Assembly: GCA_949290645.1 (NCBI GenBank)
Contig: CASESG010000001.1
Location: 5,104 to 69,103 of the forward strand
Direction of reading: 5' to 3'
Length of the DNA stretch: 64,000 nt
DNA from: an uncultured Bacillota bacterium
GTDB taxonomy: Bacteria; Bacillota_I; Bacilli_A; RFN20; CAG-288
Shown here: positions 14,746-24,914 of the stretch, one piece after another
How the letters are laid out: each line of letters begins with the position of its first letter
How positions within the stretch are numbered: position 1 is the first letter of the stretch
The notes under the pieces: model-generated
Told to the model about the DNA's origin: nothing
The model's input: the letters and a program-made list of their open reading frames with translations, nothing else
Databases searched by the model: none
Translations under genes and position numbers: made by a program

Positions 14746-17394
14746 TCAGTGAACCTCGTACCAAGTCTTGGCGACATCGCCGTCGACCTTCAAGGGAACA
14801 TCGAGCTGGACGGCATTCTCCATCGTCTTCTTCAACAGCGGAACCAGTTCCTTCTCCTCGCTCTTGTCCAACTTGAAGATGAGTTCGTCGTGGATCTGGA
14901 GCAGGATCTTGGAGCGATAGTTCTTCAAGAGCTTGTCGACCTTGATCATGCTGATCTTCATCAAGTCCGCCGCCGATCCCTGGATGACGGTGTTGACTGC
15001 CGCTCTTTCCGAGAACTGGCGCAGGGCACGGTTAGTGGAGAGGATGTCCTTGAGATACCTGCGGCGGTGGAAGAGAGTCTCGACATAGCCTTTCTCCTTG
15101 GCCATCGCCTTGACCTTCTCCTCGAAGACCGGAATCTCCGGGAAGACTTCTAGGAAGGAGGCAATCAGCTCCTTGGCTTCTCCGTTTGGAATCGAGAGCT
15201 GCTCGGAAAGGCCGTGGGCGGAGATTCCGTAGACGATTCCGAAGTTGACGGCCTTGGCCCTTCTTCTCATCTCCGGGGTGACTTCCTCCAGAGGGACGCC
15301 GAAGACTTTTGCGGCCGTGGCCTTGTGGATGTCTTCCCCGAGGCGGAAGATCTCGACCAGGCTCTCGATCTTTCCGACATGGGCCAGGACTCTCAGCTCG
15401 ATCTGGGAATAGTCCAAAGAGAGCAGATCATAGGCGTAATCGGGATAGAAGAAGGCCTTGCGGATGGCTTTTCCTTCCTCGTTCCGGATGGAGATGTTCT
15501 GAAGGTTGGGCTCGCTCATCGAAAGTCTTCCGGTTGCGGTCAGTGCCTGGTTGAAGATGGCATGGATCTTTCCATCTTCGCTCGAGTGCTTGGGAAGGCT
15601 TGTCGTGTAGCTGGAGACAAGCTTGTTGTAGAGACGATACTGGATGATGAGAGGAACGACCGGATGATCGCCCATATGGGCGTTGAGGACATCGATTCCG
15701 CTTCCTTTTTCGCCCTTGTTCTTATGGAGTCCCAAGGTGGTGAAGAGGACTTCCTCGACCTTCTTGGGGGAGTTGAGGTTGAAATTCTCTCCGACATACT
15801 CGAAGATCTGTTTTCTCAGGACCTCGAGCTTCTCTTGATATTGTGCGTCGATTTCCTTGAGCACCTTCAGATCCATCGGCATGCCTTCGAATTCCATACG
15901 GGCAAGGACTTCCGAGAGCGGAAGCTCGATCTCGTAGAAGAGCTTCGACTCCCCGTTTGTCTCGATCTTGGAAAGGACTTCCTTCCTCAAATCGATGGCA
16001 AGGGAGAGCGTCTGCTCGTAGAGGGGGACATCCTTCTTCAGCTCCAGTCCATAGGAGAAGAAGAGCTCCTCGACTTTCTGCCCGCATTCCGTGTTGATGA
16101 GATAAGTCGCAAGAAGCAGGTCAAAGTCGACGTTCTTCACAAGCGGGAAGCCGTTTCTCAAAAGCAGGACATCCAAGCCTTTGAGGTCATAGACGGTCTT
16201 CTTTTTCTCATTTGTCAGGTACTCGAGGAACGTCTTGTCTTTTTTTGCATCCTCGAGCGGAAGGTGGTAGATGTTCTTCTCCCCGGCCAGGGCGAAGCCG
16301 AGGAGCTTTGCGACATTCTCGTTGCTCTGGTCGCTGTCATAGGTGATGCCGAGGATCTCTTCATGGACGTCGGAAAGGGCGGAGACGGGAAGAATGGTCC
16401 GGTGGATGACCTTGCTGTTCTTCATGGCGGCGTTCTGCTCGGCCTCCGCTTCCAAGAAAGCGTCCATGAGCGAGATCTGCTCTCCGTCCTGATAGGAAAT
16501 CATGTCTTGCATCTTGTCGATATGTGAGAGGAATTGCTTCAATTGGTATTTCAAATAGAAGGCAGAAAGCTTTTCCTTGACATAAGGTTTGAACTTTGAC
16601 TTCTCATAGTCATCCTCCATCGGCAGGGAGGTATCGATGGTTGCGAGCTTCTTGAAGAAGAGAGCCTTCTCTTCGCCAGCGAGGATCTTGGCGTTTGTCT
16701 TGTTCTCCGGATTCTCGTGGCAGGCTTTCAGGATGTTCTCGAGGTGTCCGTATTGGCTGAGAAGCTTCTTGGCGGTCTTCTCTCCGATTCCGGGGATTCC
16801 CTTGTAGTTGTCGCTGGGATCGCCGGCGATTCCTTTGAAGTCGGTCACCTGGTCGGGATCAAGGCCGTAGGAGGATTCCTTGAGGGTCTTCTTGGTCAGC
16901 TCCTCCGTCTTGCTCAGACCCTTCACGGGCAGGAGGATCTTGACATCCTCTCCGATGTCGAGCAGCTGGAGGAAATCGCGGTCGGAGGAGATCAGGATGA
17001 CCTCGTCCTTCTTCTCGTGGGCCAGTCTTGCCATCGATCCGCAGAGGTCGTCGGCCTCGTATCCTTCCATCTCCTGATGGTAGATGCTCATGCTGTCGAG
17101 CAGTTCCCGGGAGATGGGGATCTGGCAGGCGAGCTCTTCCGGGATCTTCTCCCTCTGGGCCTTGTAGTCCTCGAAGGCTTTCTTGCGCATGGTCGGCTTG
17201 TCGGTGTCGAAGGCCACGAAGACATGGTCTCCTTCCTGGGCCATGGCCTTGATCTTCTTCATCAGGTTGTGGAAGGCGAATATGGCGTTGGTCGGGACGT
17301 TGTCCTTGTTGACCATCAGGTTTCCGGTATAGGCGGTCGAATAGTAGGCGCGGAACAAAAGGGAGTTCCCGTCAACGATGAATGTCTTTGCCAT
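14746..17394 (-). CDS. polA: DNA polymerase I
   Basis: 882 aa with a 5' nuclease N-terminus (FIVDGNSLLFRAYY). Polymerase motifs LLSLDYSQIELRVLAH, RRRAKAVNFGIVYG and LQIHDELIF. Confidence 0.95.
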   Translation of the reverse strand: MAKTFIVDGNSLLFRAYYSTAYTGNLMVNKDNVPTNAIFAFHNLMKKIKAMAQEGDHVFVAFDTDKPTMRKKAFEDYKAQREKIPEELACQIPISRELLDSMSIYHQEMEGYEADDLCGSMARLAHEKKDEVILISSDRDFLQLLDIGEDVKILLPVKGLSKTEELTKKTLKESSYGLDPDQVTDFKGIAGDPSDNYKGIPGIGEKTAKKLLSQYGHLENILKACHENPENKTNAKILAGEEKALFFKKLATIDTSLPMEDDYEKSKFKPYVKEKLSAFYLKYQLKQFLSHIDKMQDMISYQDGEQISLMDAFLEAEAEQNAAMKNSKVIHRTILPVSALSDVHEEILGITYDSDQSNENVAKLLGFALAGEKNIYHLPLEDAKKDKTFLEYLTNEKKKTVYDLKGLDVLLLRNGFPLVKNVDFDLLLATYLINTECGQKVEELFFSYGLELKKDVPLYEQTLSLAIDLRKEVLSKIETNGESKLFYEIELPLSEVLARMEFEGMPMDLKVLKEIDAQYQEKLEVLRKQIFEYVGENFNLNSPKKVEEVLFTTLGLHKNKGEKGSGIDVLNAHMGDHPVVPLIIQYRLYNKLVSSYTTSLPKHSSEDGKIHAIFNQALTATGRLSMSEPNLQNISIRNEEGKAIRKAFFYPDYAYDLLSLDYSQIELRVLAHVGKIESLVEIFRLGEDIHKATAAKVFGVPLEEVTPEMRRRAKAVNFGIVYGISAHGLSEQLSIPNGEAKELIASFLEVFPEIPVFEEKVKAMAKEKGYVETLFHRRRYLKDILSTNRALRQFSERAAVNTVIQGSAADLMKISMIKVDKLLKNYRSKILLQIHDELIFKLDKSEEKELVPLLKKTMENAVQLDVPLKVDGDVAKTWYEVH

Positions 17395-20296
17395 AGTTTT
17401 CTTTTCGTCCTTTCTTGTTCACGATCTTCATGTCGAAGAGCACGCCGGTCTTCTTGAAATCTCCTTGGATCAGGAGGAAGTCGTTGTTCTCGATTCCCTC
17501 CACGAGAGTGTAGATCTTGTAGTCCTTGCGTCCGTCGGTCGCGGTGAAGACGTGGTCTCGTTCCACGTTCCCGTCATCCGTGACCAGCATCGTCTTGTAG
17601 CCTTCCATTGAGAGGACGCTTTTGAGGCTTCGTGAGAGAACCATGCCCAAGCTCTGCTTCTCCAGATAGAGTCTCTTTCCGAGATCTTCCTCTCCCACAA
17701 GCGGAGGGACCTGCTCTTCTGGGAAGGACATCCGCGCGAAGGCGAGATAGTCCTGGAAGAGGTCCTTCATCTTCTCCCGTGCTTTCGAGAGGGGATCGAA
17801 GGCTCCGGCATCGATCATCTTGTCGATGGTCCTCTCCTCCTTTCCTTGGAAGAGCGGCCCCATCCTCTGACAGAACTGATAGAAGGAGAGGAACGGACCT
17901 TTCTCCCTTTCCTTGACGATCTGCTCCAGGACCTGCTTGTCGACCTGGCTGATCCGGGACAGAGGGAGAAGGAAGGAAGAATCCCGGAAGAGGATCTCGT
18001 CCTTGTCGGAGAGGTTGATGTCGGGCCCTTTGAGGGTGACCTTGTGCCGATAGATTTCCTTCATCAGTTCATAGCATTCCTCGCTTCCCAGGGAGGTCTC
18101 GTTTAGGGCCGTGCTGTAGAACTCCTTGGGGTAGTTGGCCTTGAGATAGAGAAGCTCGTAGCTGATCAGTCCATAGGCATAGGCGTGGGACTTGTTGAAG
18201 CCATAACCGGCGAACTTCTCGATGTCCTCGTAGATCTTCTCGGCGGTCCCCAGAGGGATCTTGTTCTTCTGGCAGTTGGTGAGGAACCTTTCCTTGTCCT
18301 TCTCCATCTGCTCGACCTTCTTCTTGGAGATGGCCCTGCGGAAGAGGTCGGCCTGGGAGGCGCTGAAGGAGGCGAGGGTCTTGACGATCTCGATGACTTG
18401 CTCCTGGTAGACGATGATGCCGTAGGTCTCCTTCAGGATCGGTTCGAGCCTTTCGTCCAGGTACGTGATCTGTTCCTTCCCGTTCTTCCTCCGGGCAAAC
18501 TCGTCGATGTATTTCATCGGCCCCGGGCGGTAGAGAGCCAGGATCGAGCAGAGGTCGGGGAAGGATTCGGGATGAACCTGTTTTATGGTCTTTCTCATGC
18601 CTGGGCTTTCCAGCTGGAAGATATCGCACAGCTCCAGAGCGTTGAGACAGTCGAAGGTCTTCTTGTCGTCCAGGTGGTCAAGGAGGGAGATCTTGTCTTT
18701 GATCTTTTCCTCAACCTTGCGGATGAAAGTGAGGTTGGAAAGGGAGAGAATATCCATCTTCAAGTATCCCATTCTCTCCATATAGGGGTACTCGTAAAGG
18801 ACAGTCCCTGTCGAACCATTGGAAAGAGGGCACGACTGGGAGAGGTTTTCCTGGCTGACGATGACCCCAGCGGCATGGACGGAGGTGTTGACGGGAAGGC
18901 CAAGCAGAGGATTGATCTTGTCGACCAGGTCCTGATAGTAGGAATCCTGCAGCAGGTTCTCCAGTCTCTTTCCGTAGTAGGAATCGGTCAGGGCGGAGCG
19001 GAAATCCGTGCTGCTGTCCTTGATGACGGAGGTGAGCTTCTTGAGCCGATTCTGGGGATAGGAGAGAGAAGGGCCGATGAGATTGACGGCGCTTCTCGGC
19101 TTGAGCCTGACGAAGGTGACGATGTCGGAGACTCTCTTCTCTCCGTAGCGAACCTTGAGATAGCGGATGATCTCATCCCTGCGGTCGTCCTCAAAGTCGA
19201 TGTCGATATCCGGCATGTTCTTGCGCATCGGATTGAGGAAGCGCTCGAAGGAAAGACGGAAGAGAATGGGGTCGACATCGGTGATAAAGAGGGCGTAGGA
19301 GACAAGGGAACCGGCTGCCGATCCTCTTCCGGGGCCGATGCGGATGTTCTGCCGACGGGCGTACTGGACATAGTCGTGAACCAAGAGAAAGTAGGAGGAA
19401 TAGTCCATCTTCCGGATGACGGAGAGTTCGTATTCCAAGCGTTCGGCATATTCCTTGGGAACCTGGTTGGTGTTCAGCCTCTCGGAAAGGCCGTGCGAGC
19501 AGAGGTCGAAAAGCTCCTTGCTGTCGTTGTCGAAATGGATCAGGGTTCCTCTCTTCTGGAAGAAGACGAACTGACACTTGTCGGCGATCTCCTTCGTCCT
19601 TTCGAGATCTTCCGGACGGTAGATCTCCTGCAAGGATTTGAGGGAGAGAAGGAAATTGGGGCCTCCTTCCGGCAGGGATTCCGCCTTCTCCTTCTTGAGC
19701 GCCTTCTGAAGAAGGACAAGGCTGGCGCAATCCGACTTCTTCAGGTATCGAACCTTGGGGAAGGCCACGGTTTGATATTCCCTCTCCTTGGCGAAGTGAT
19801 AGAGGTCTTCCATCTCGTTCTGCTCCAGAAGGGAGGAGATCACGATTCCGATGTAGAAATCTTCCTTGAAGATCTTCTGAAGCTTGGCAATCTCCGGAGA
19901 GAGACGGGTGAGACCCTCCGGACTTCGCAAGGCGGGATCGTCGCTTTCCAGGACCAGGATCAGGCCTTGGCGGATGCAGGAGAGGAAATCCAGATCGATT
20001 TCCTCCTCCTTCCTGGCAAGAAGGACAAGGAGGTTTCGATAGCCGCTCTCGTCCTTGAGATAGACGACCGCCGAAAGCGGACGACCTAGGGAGGACTCCA
20101 GGGCAATCCGGCATCCGAAAATGGCCTTGGTCGAAGAGCAGGCATCCGCAAAAGAGGGGTAGGCATAGAGGTTGGGATCGGCGATGGCAACGCCTTTGTA
20201 TCCCAGATGCAGGCTTCTCTCCACATAGCTTTCCGGAAGGATGATCGATTCTCCGAAACGATAGGCAGTCAAGGTATTGAGCTGATAAAAATCCAT
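17372..20296 (-). CDS. dnaE: DNA polymerase III alpha subunit (DnaE type)
   Basis: 974 aa. PHP N-terminus, PDIDIDF, GYGFNKSHAYAY and other motifs characteristic of DnaE. Overlaps the polA start by 23 nt. Confidence 0.9.
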   Translation of the reverse strand: MDFYQLNTLTAYRFGESIILPESYVERSLHLGYKGVAIADPNLYAYPSFADACSSTKAIFGCRIALESSLGRPLSAVVYLKDESGYRNLLVLLARKEEEIDLDFLSCIRQGLILVLESDDPALRSPEGLTRLSPEIAKLQKIFKEDFYIGIVISSLLEQNEMEDLYHFAKEREYQTVAFPKVRYLKKSDCASLVLLQKALKKEKAESLPEGGPNFLLSLKSLQEIYRPEDLERTKEIADKCQFVFFQKRGTLIHFDNDSKELFDLCSHGLSERLNTNQVPKEYAERLEYELSVIRKMDYSSYFLLVHDYVQYARRQNIRIGPGRGSAAGSLVSYALFITDVDPILFRLSFERFLNPMRKNMPDIDIDFEDDRRDEIIRYLKVRYGEKRVSDIVTFVRLKPRSAVNLIGPSLSYPQNRLKKLTSVIKDSSTDFRSALTDSYYGKRLENLLQDSYYQDLVDKINPLLGLPVNTSVHAAGVIVSQENLSQSCPLSNGSTGTVLYEYPYMERMGYLKMDILSLSNLTFIRKVEEKIKDKISLLDHLDDKKTFDCLNALELCDIFQLESPGMRKTIKQVHPESFPDLCSILALYRPGPMKYIDEFARRKNGKEQITYLDERLEPILKETYGIIVYQEQVIEIVKTLASFSASQADLFRRAISKKKVEQMEKDKERFLTNCQKNKIPLGTAEKIYEDIEKFAGYGFNKSHAYAYGLISYELLYLKANYPKEFYSTALNETSLGSEECYELMKEIYRHKVTLKGPDINLSDKDEILFRDSSFLLPLSRISQVDKQVLEQIVKEREKGPFLSFYQFCQRMGPLFQGKEERTIDKMIDAGAFDPLSKAREKMKDLFQDYLAFARMSFPEEQVPPLVGEEDLGKRLYLEKQSLGMVLSRSLKSVLSMEGYKTMLVTDDGNVERDHVFTATDGRKDYKIYTLVEGIENNDFLLIQGDFKKTGVLFDMKIVNKKGRKENYGKDIHR

Positions 20297-20437
20297 GGAT
20301 CCCCTTCGGCCCTCTTCTCTGACGAGAAGGTCCTTTCAAAATTATAGGAAAAGGAAGGCATTCCGTCTAGGAAGGCTTTTCGAGGATAAGAAAAGATGGG
20401 CAAAAGCCCATCTCCTTCTCTCCGAAAGCCCTTCTTC

Positions 20438-20665
20438 TTACTTGGCGAGGATGAGATGCTTGAAGAGCAAGCACCAGATGAGGTCGACCCAGCCGAAGAC
20501 GAGTCCGAAGAAGGTGACGACGATGGCGAGGATCAGGGAGATGAGACCCTTCTTCTCCAAGAAGTTGCTCCAGCGGACACCAATCTCGACGATCCAGTTG
20601 ACGAACGGGATGAGGAGAAGGATGAGTTGGACAAGACGACTGCAGCTGTTGAACCATTTCTTCAT
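20438..20665 (-). CDS. Small membrane protein (75 aa, two predicted TM helices)
   Basis: GGAGG lies 8 nt upstream of the ATG. The protein is hydrophobic (LILLLIPFVNWIV...LILAIVVTFFGLVFGWV). No family recognised. Confidence 0.5.
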   Translation of the reverse strand: MKKWFNSCSRLVQLILLLIPFVNWIVEIGVRWSNFLEKKGLISLILAIVVTFFGLVFGWVDLIWCLLFKHLILAK

Positions 20666-20906
20666 GGAATGTACCTCCAGTATCTCTGCCGACTATTATA
20701 CAGGTTTTGAAAGCTATGTACTACCAGTGGAAGAAGTTGATCGAAGCGGAGAGAAACGTCCAAAAAGCCAATCCCGATTTCGTCCTCACTTTGTCCCTGG
20801 AAGTTTCGTTTGCCCTTCTTTTCGAGAATTGGCTCTCTTATTCCGCAAAGCTTTCTTTACAACGTCTTTTCCCTTGGGTATAGTCTAGTCCGAAGAGGTG
20901 ATCCAT

Positions 20907-21638
20907 ATGGAAAACATCATCTATGGGAAAATCCCTGTCAAGAACGCCATCGTCTCGCCCCGGAAACCCTTGCGCCTTTATCTTTCTGTCAGCCACACCG
21001 ACAAGGAGATCCAGTCCTTGGCTTCCAAAAACAGGATCCCCTATCGCCTGACGCCGGACTCGGAACTCGACCGCCTTTCCGGACAGGCCAACCACCAGGG
21101 AGTGATTGCCCAGATGCCTCGCTTTTCCTATGCCAGCCTCGACGATCTCCTTGAGGAGACGAAGGACAGGAAGGAATGCACCATCGTCTTGCTCGACGGC
21201 ATCGAGGATCCGGTCAACTTCGGATCCATCATCCGCACAAGCGGTGCCTTTGCCGTCGATGGCATCGTCGTCCTCGACCGCCGTCAGGCCCCTCTCTCTC
21301 CGACGGTCGCCAAGATTTCGACCGGTGCCGAGATGGTCGTCCCAATCGCCCAGGTCAACAACCTTTCCAAGGCCATCGAAGAACTCCAGAAGAACGGCTT
21401 CTGGGTCGTCTGTTCCGCCGGGGAAGGAAAGGATGTCTATGACGAGATCGACTATTCCGGAAAGATCGTTCTCGTCGTCGGCTCGGAGGGCTTTGGTGCC
21501 TCTCGCCTGGTCAAGGAGAAGTCCGACTTCGTCGCCTCGATTCCTCTTCCGGGAACGATAAAGGCCCTCAACGCCTCTATCGCCACCGCTGTCTTCTTGG
21601 CACAGATCGACTCCTATCGCCGGCATCACGACAAGTAA
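20907..21638 (+). CDS. rlmB: SpoU/TrmH-family 23S rRNA 2'-O-methyltransferase (RlmB-like)
   Basis: HQGVIA, LLDGIEDPVNFGSIIRT and GSEGFG...IPLPGTIKALNASIA motifs. ATG 20907 was chosen because of the upstream GAAGAGG. Confidence 0.85.
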   Translation: MENIIYGKIPVKNAIVSPRKPLRLYLSVSHTDKEIQSLASKNRIPYRLTPDSELDRLSGQANHQGVIAQMPRFSYASLDDLLEETKDRKECTIVLLDGIEDPVNFGSIIRTSGAFAVDGIVVLDRRQAPLSPTVAKISTGAEMVVPIAQVNNLSKAIEELQKNGFWVVCSAGEGKDVYDEIDYSGKIVLVVGSEGFGASRLVKEKSDFVASIPLPGTIKALNASIATAVFLAQIDSYRRHHDK

Positions 21639-21678
21639 CTTTTATCGAACGACTTGTCGGAGTCGGAAAGGAGTTTCC

Positions 21679-22353
21679 ATGGCATTTCATGTCCAAGAGT
21701 TTTATGTGTGTTCAATTCCCGCTTCCATTGCCGAAATCCACGAGACCATCAATGGAAAGACGATCTTTGACGACTATTATCTTTTCATCGGTTTCTCTGC
21801 CGAGGAGCTTGCCATGCTGGCAAAGAAGAACAAAGATGCGATGAAGGCTTTGGAGTCATTGCTGAGAGAGGACATCCAGGAGTTTGAGAACCGATACTGC
21901 AATCGCCTGGATTGCCCGAGTTTTGTCATCCACACCAAACTCGAGGAGTGTCTCGCATCTGCAGTCCGGAAGTTCGACCCTCGGAAGGGACCCTTCCTCC
22001 ATCTCTTCCGAGCCGTCTCGAAAAGAGGGATGGAGCATTTTTCCTCGACTTTTCTCATGCAGAAGAAAAAAGTCCTTCGCATCCTTCCGGAGGTTCATTC
22101 CCGACCGGAGGGAGTCGTCTATCTTCACGACAGCATCCGGTCGAAGGACAGGGAGAAGAGGTTCGAGCTCGACTTCCGGAAATACTTCGAGCAGCTCAGC
22201 CCCACCGAGAGGACAATTCTGAGGATGTACGGAAACCACTTCTCCTATCGGGAGATCGGGGAGCAGGTTCGACTTTCGACCTCCTCAGTCTGCAACAAGG
22301 TGCATCAGATGATCTCCGAGATTCGGAACCGGATGAAGAAGAAGTTGCTATGA
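21679..22353 (+). CDS. Sigma-70 family factor (SigH/ComX-like)
   Basis: The C-terminal region-4 HTH reads LSPTERTILRMYGNHFSYREIGEQVRLSTSSVCNKV. The gene follows rlmB, as sigH does in Bacillus (synteny recalled from memory). Confidence 0.55.
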   Translation: MAFHVQEFYVCSIPASIAEIHETINGKTIFDDYYLFIGFSAEELAMLAKKNKDAMKALESLLREDIQEFENRYCNRLDCPSFVIHTKLEECLASAVRKFDPRKGPFLHLFRAVSKRGMEHFSSTFLMQKKKVLRILPEVHSRPEGVVYLHDSIRSKDREKRFELDFRKYFEQLSPTERTILRMYGNHFSYREIGEQVRLSTSSVCNKVHQMISEIRNRMKKKLL

Positions 22354-22392
22354 AAAAAGGAGCCGGCTTTCGCCAGCTCCCGAGCATGTCGA

Positions 22393-24597
22393 TCAGTGCC
22401 TCTGGAATTTGCCGTGCGGACGAGGACGATCCGGACGTTCGGAGTAGCCTTCGGGCTTGGGGAGGAACTCCCTGTGGGAGACATCCACTCTTCCCTGAGC
22501 ATCGATGCCCGTGACGATGACCTTGAGGGTATCGCCGAGGTGGCAGACGTCTTCGACCTTCTCGACTCTCTTCCAATCCAGCTTGGAGACGTGGCAGAGG
22601 GCATCGGTGTTGCCGAAGAGGTTGACGAAGGCGCCGTAGCTTTCGATGCGGACGACCTTGGCGTCGAACACTTCCCCGACTTGCGGGACGCGAGCGATGG
22701 ACTGGATCATGTCATAGGCCTTCTCGATGGAGGCGGTGTGGACGGAGTAGATGATGACACGCCCGTCGTCGTTGATGTCGATCTTGACGTCGTTGTCGCA
22801 ATCCTTGATGATGCCGTTGATGACCTTGCCCTGGCTTCCGATGACTTCACGGATCTTGTCGGGCATGATGTTGAAACGCTTCATCTTGAGAGCGTATTCG
22901 GAGAGTTCCGTTCTCGGGGCAGGGATGGCGGCGAGCATGACATCGAGGATCTGCTTGCGGGCCGGCTTGCTTTGGGCGAGGGCTTCGCGCAGGACATCCT
23001 TGGTGATGCCACGGATCTTGATGTCCATCTGCAGGGCCGTGATTCCGTTGGGAGTACCGGCGACCTTGAAGTCCATGTCGCCGAGGTGATCCTCCATGCC
23101 TTGGATGTCGGTCAGGATCGTGTAGGGATGGTTGCCATCCAACGGGCCGGAAGTGATCAAGCCCATCGCGATTCCGGAGACCGGAGCCTTGATGGGAACG
23201 CCAGCGTCCATCAAAGCCATGCAGGAAGCGCAGATGGAAGCCTGAGAGGAGGAACCGTTGGATTCGCAGACGTCCGCGACGCATCGGATGGTATAGGGAA
23301 ACTCATCCTCGGAGGGAAGGACATAGGAGAGGGCTCTTTCGCCCAAGGTTCCGTGTCCGATCTCCCTTCTTCCCGGAGTGCCCATGCGGCCGAGCTCGCC
23401 GACCGAATAGGGCGGGAAGTTGTAGTGGTGCATCCATCTCTTGAGGGAATCCCCCGTGATGTCGTCGATGATCTGGGCATCCTCGAGAGGGCCGAGGGTG
23501 CAGGCGGAGAGAACCTGGGTCTGGCCGCGGGTGAACATGGCCGAGCCGTGGGCTCTGGGAAGGAGGTGAACCTGGGCATCGAGAGGACGGATCTCGTCGA
23601 CCTTGCGGCCATCGGGGCGAACCTTGTCGACCGTGATCAGACGGCGGACCTCGTCGCGGACGACCTGCTCCAGGACTTCCTTGGCCTCGTTGACGGCGAG
23701 GTCGTGAAGCTTCTCGTTCTTGTATTCACGGGCATCGATGATGTCGATGACTTCCTTCTCCAGGGCATCGATGGTGTTCTGTCGCTCGAGCTTGTCGAAG
23801 ATGGAGACGGCCTTGATCAGGCGTTGCTCCTGAGTCTCGCTCTGGCCAGGGGAGACATAATTGCGACAGAAGGAGGCGAATTCCTCGTCGATCTTGTAGA
23901 TGTTGAGAGGACGCTTCTCCTTTCCGACTTCCTTGGCGATTTCCTTCTGGAAGCGGCAGAGTTCCTTGATGGCTTCGTGTCCGAACATCAAGGCATCGAG
24001 CATGTCTTCCTCGGAGACTTCCGCCGCACCGGCCTCGACCATGTTGATGGCCTCTTCCGTGCCGGCGACAGCGAGATTGATATCGGATTTCTTCTCTTCC
24101 TCGACGCTCGGGTCGATGATGAACTTGCCATCGACACGGCCGACGCGAACGCCAGCGATCGGGCCTTCGAAGGGGATGTCCGAAATGCAGAGCGCAAGGG
24201 AGGAACCGAACATGGCGGTCATCTCAGGGGAGGCGTCGAGATCGGCGGACATGACCGTCGCCGTCACCTGGGTCTCGTTGACATAGCCCTCGGGGAACAT
24301 CGGACGGATTGGGCGGTCGATCAGACGGGAGAAGAGTGTTTCGCGGTAGCTCTGACGTCCTTCTCTTCTCAGGAAGGATCCCGGAATCTTACCGGCAGCA
24401 TACTGCCTTTCGAAATAGTTGACGGTGAGAGGGAAGAAGTCCTGACCCAATTTCGCTTCCTTGGCCCCGCAGACGGCGCACAGGACAGCGGTGTCATTGA
24501 ATCGGACGAAGCAGGACCCATCGGCCTGCTTGGCGATCTCTCCGGTCTCGACAGTGAGTGTCTTGCCGAAGAATTCGCGTGTGAAGACTCGTTTCAT
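22393..24597 (-). CDS. pnp: Polyribonucleotide nucleotidyltransferase (PNPase)
   Basis: 734 aa with two RNase PH-like domains plus KH and S1 (GEVFDAKVVRIESYGAFV). Confidence 0.95.
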   Translation of the reverse strand: MKRVFTREFFGKTLTVETGEIAKQADGSCFVRFNDTAVLCAVCGAKEAKLGQDFFPLTVNYFERQYAAGKIPGSFLRREGRQSYRETLFSRLIDRPIRPMFPEGYVNETQVTATVMSADLDASPEMTAMFGSSLALCISDIPFEGPIAGVRVGRVDGKFIIDPSVEEEKKSDINLAVAGTEEAINMVEAGAAEVSEEDMLDALMFGHEAIKELCRFQKEIAKEVGKEKRPLNIYKIDEEFASFCRNYVSPGQSETQEQRLIKAVSIFDKLERQNTIDALEKEVIDIIDAREYKNEKLHDLAVNEAKEVLEQVVRDEVRRLITVDKVRPDGRKVDEIRPLDAQVHLLPRAHGSAMFTRGQTQVLSACTLGPLEDAQIIDDITGDSLKRWMHHYNFPPYSVGELGRMGTPGRREIGHGTLGERALSYVLPSEDEFPYTIRCVADVCESNGSSSQASICASCMALMDAGVPIKAPVSGIAMGLITSGPLDGNHPYTILTDIQGMEDHLGDMDFKVAGTPNGITALQMDIKIRGITKDVLREALAQSKPARKQILDVMLAAIPAPRTELSEYALKMKRFNIMPDKIREVIGSQGKVINGIIKDCDNDVKIDINDDGRVIIYSVHTASIEKAYDMIQSIARVPQVGEVFDAKVVRIESYGAFVNLFGNTDALCHVSKLDWKRVEKVEDVCHLGDTLKVIVTGIDAQGRVDVSHREFLPKPEGYSERPDRPRPHGKFQRH

Positions 24598-24914
24598 TCT
24601 TTGACCTCTTTCTTTGTTATTAAACCGAGAAAGATTCTATCATAGATAAGCAATTGAGCGGAAACTATTTCGTTCCTCTTCTTTTCTCGGAGAAGAATGG
24701 CTCCTTTCTCTCACCCTTGGAAAGAGTGAAAAGGAGAGGCTTTCTCCATGGCAAGGAAAGGATAAAGAAAAGCGAAGGAATCCAGCGGGGCGCAAAGGTC
24801 TATCAAGTGATGAAGCAAACAAACAAGTTAAAACAGTAAATAAGAAGTTGTTTTTAGCAAATATTATTGAAAATGAATCAAAAATTCTAGTATTCTGTGA
24901 AATTGATAGAGGTT

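Noticed and set aside
15214-24645. Other long antisense ORFs (15214..16527, 18185..20089, 22396..24645), plus 30450..32567, 34326..35810, 41256..42602 and 59146..60810 elsewhere in the window
   Set aside because: Each lies opposite a confidently identified housekeeping or cas gene (polA, dnaE, pnp, lipoprotein, argS, pgi, cas9). None has an independent motif.
24598-24914. A leader of about 300 nt upstream of pnp as a possible structured regulatory RNA or missing rpsO
   Set aside because: Only imperfect short hairpins are visible. There is no S15 ORF and no motif I can match to a known riboswitch or leader. Evidence is insufficient to call.
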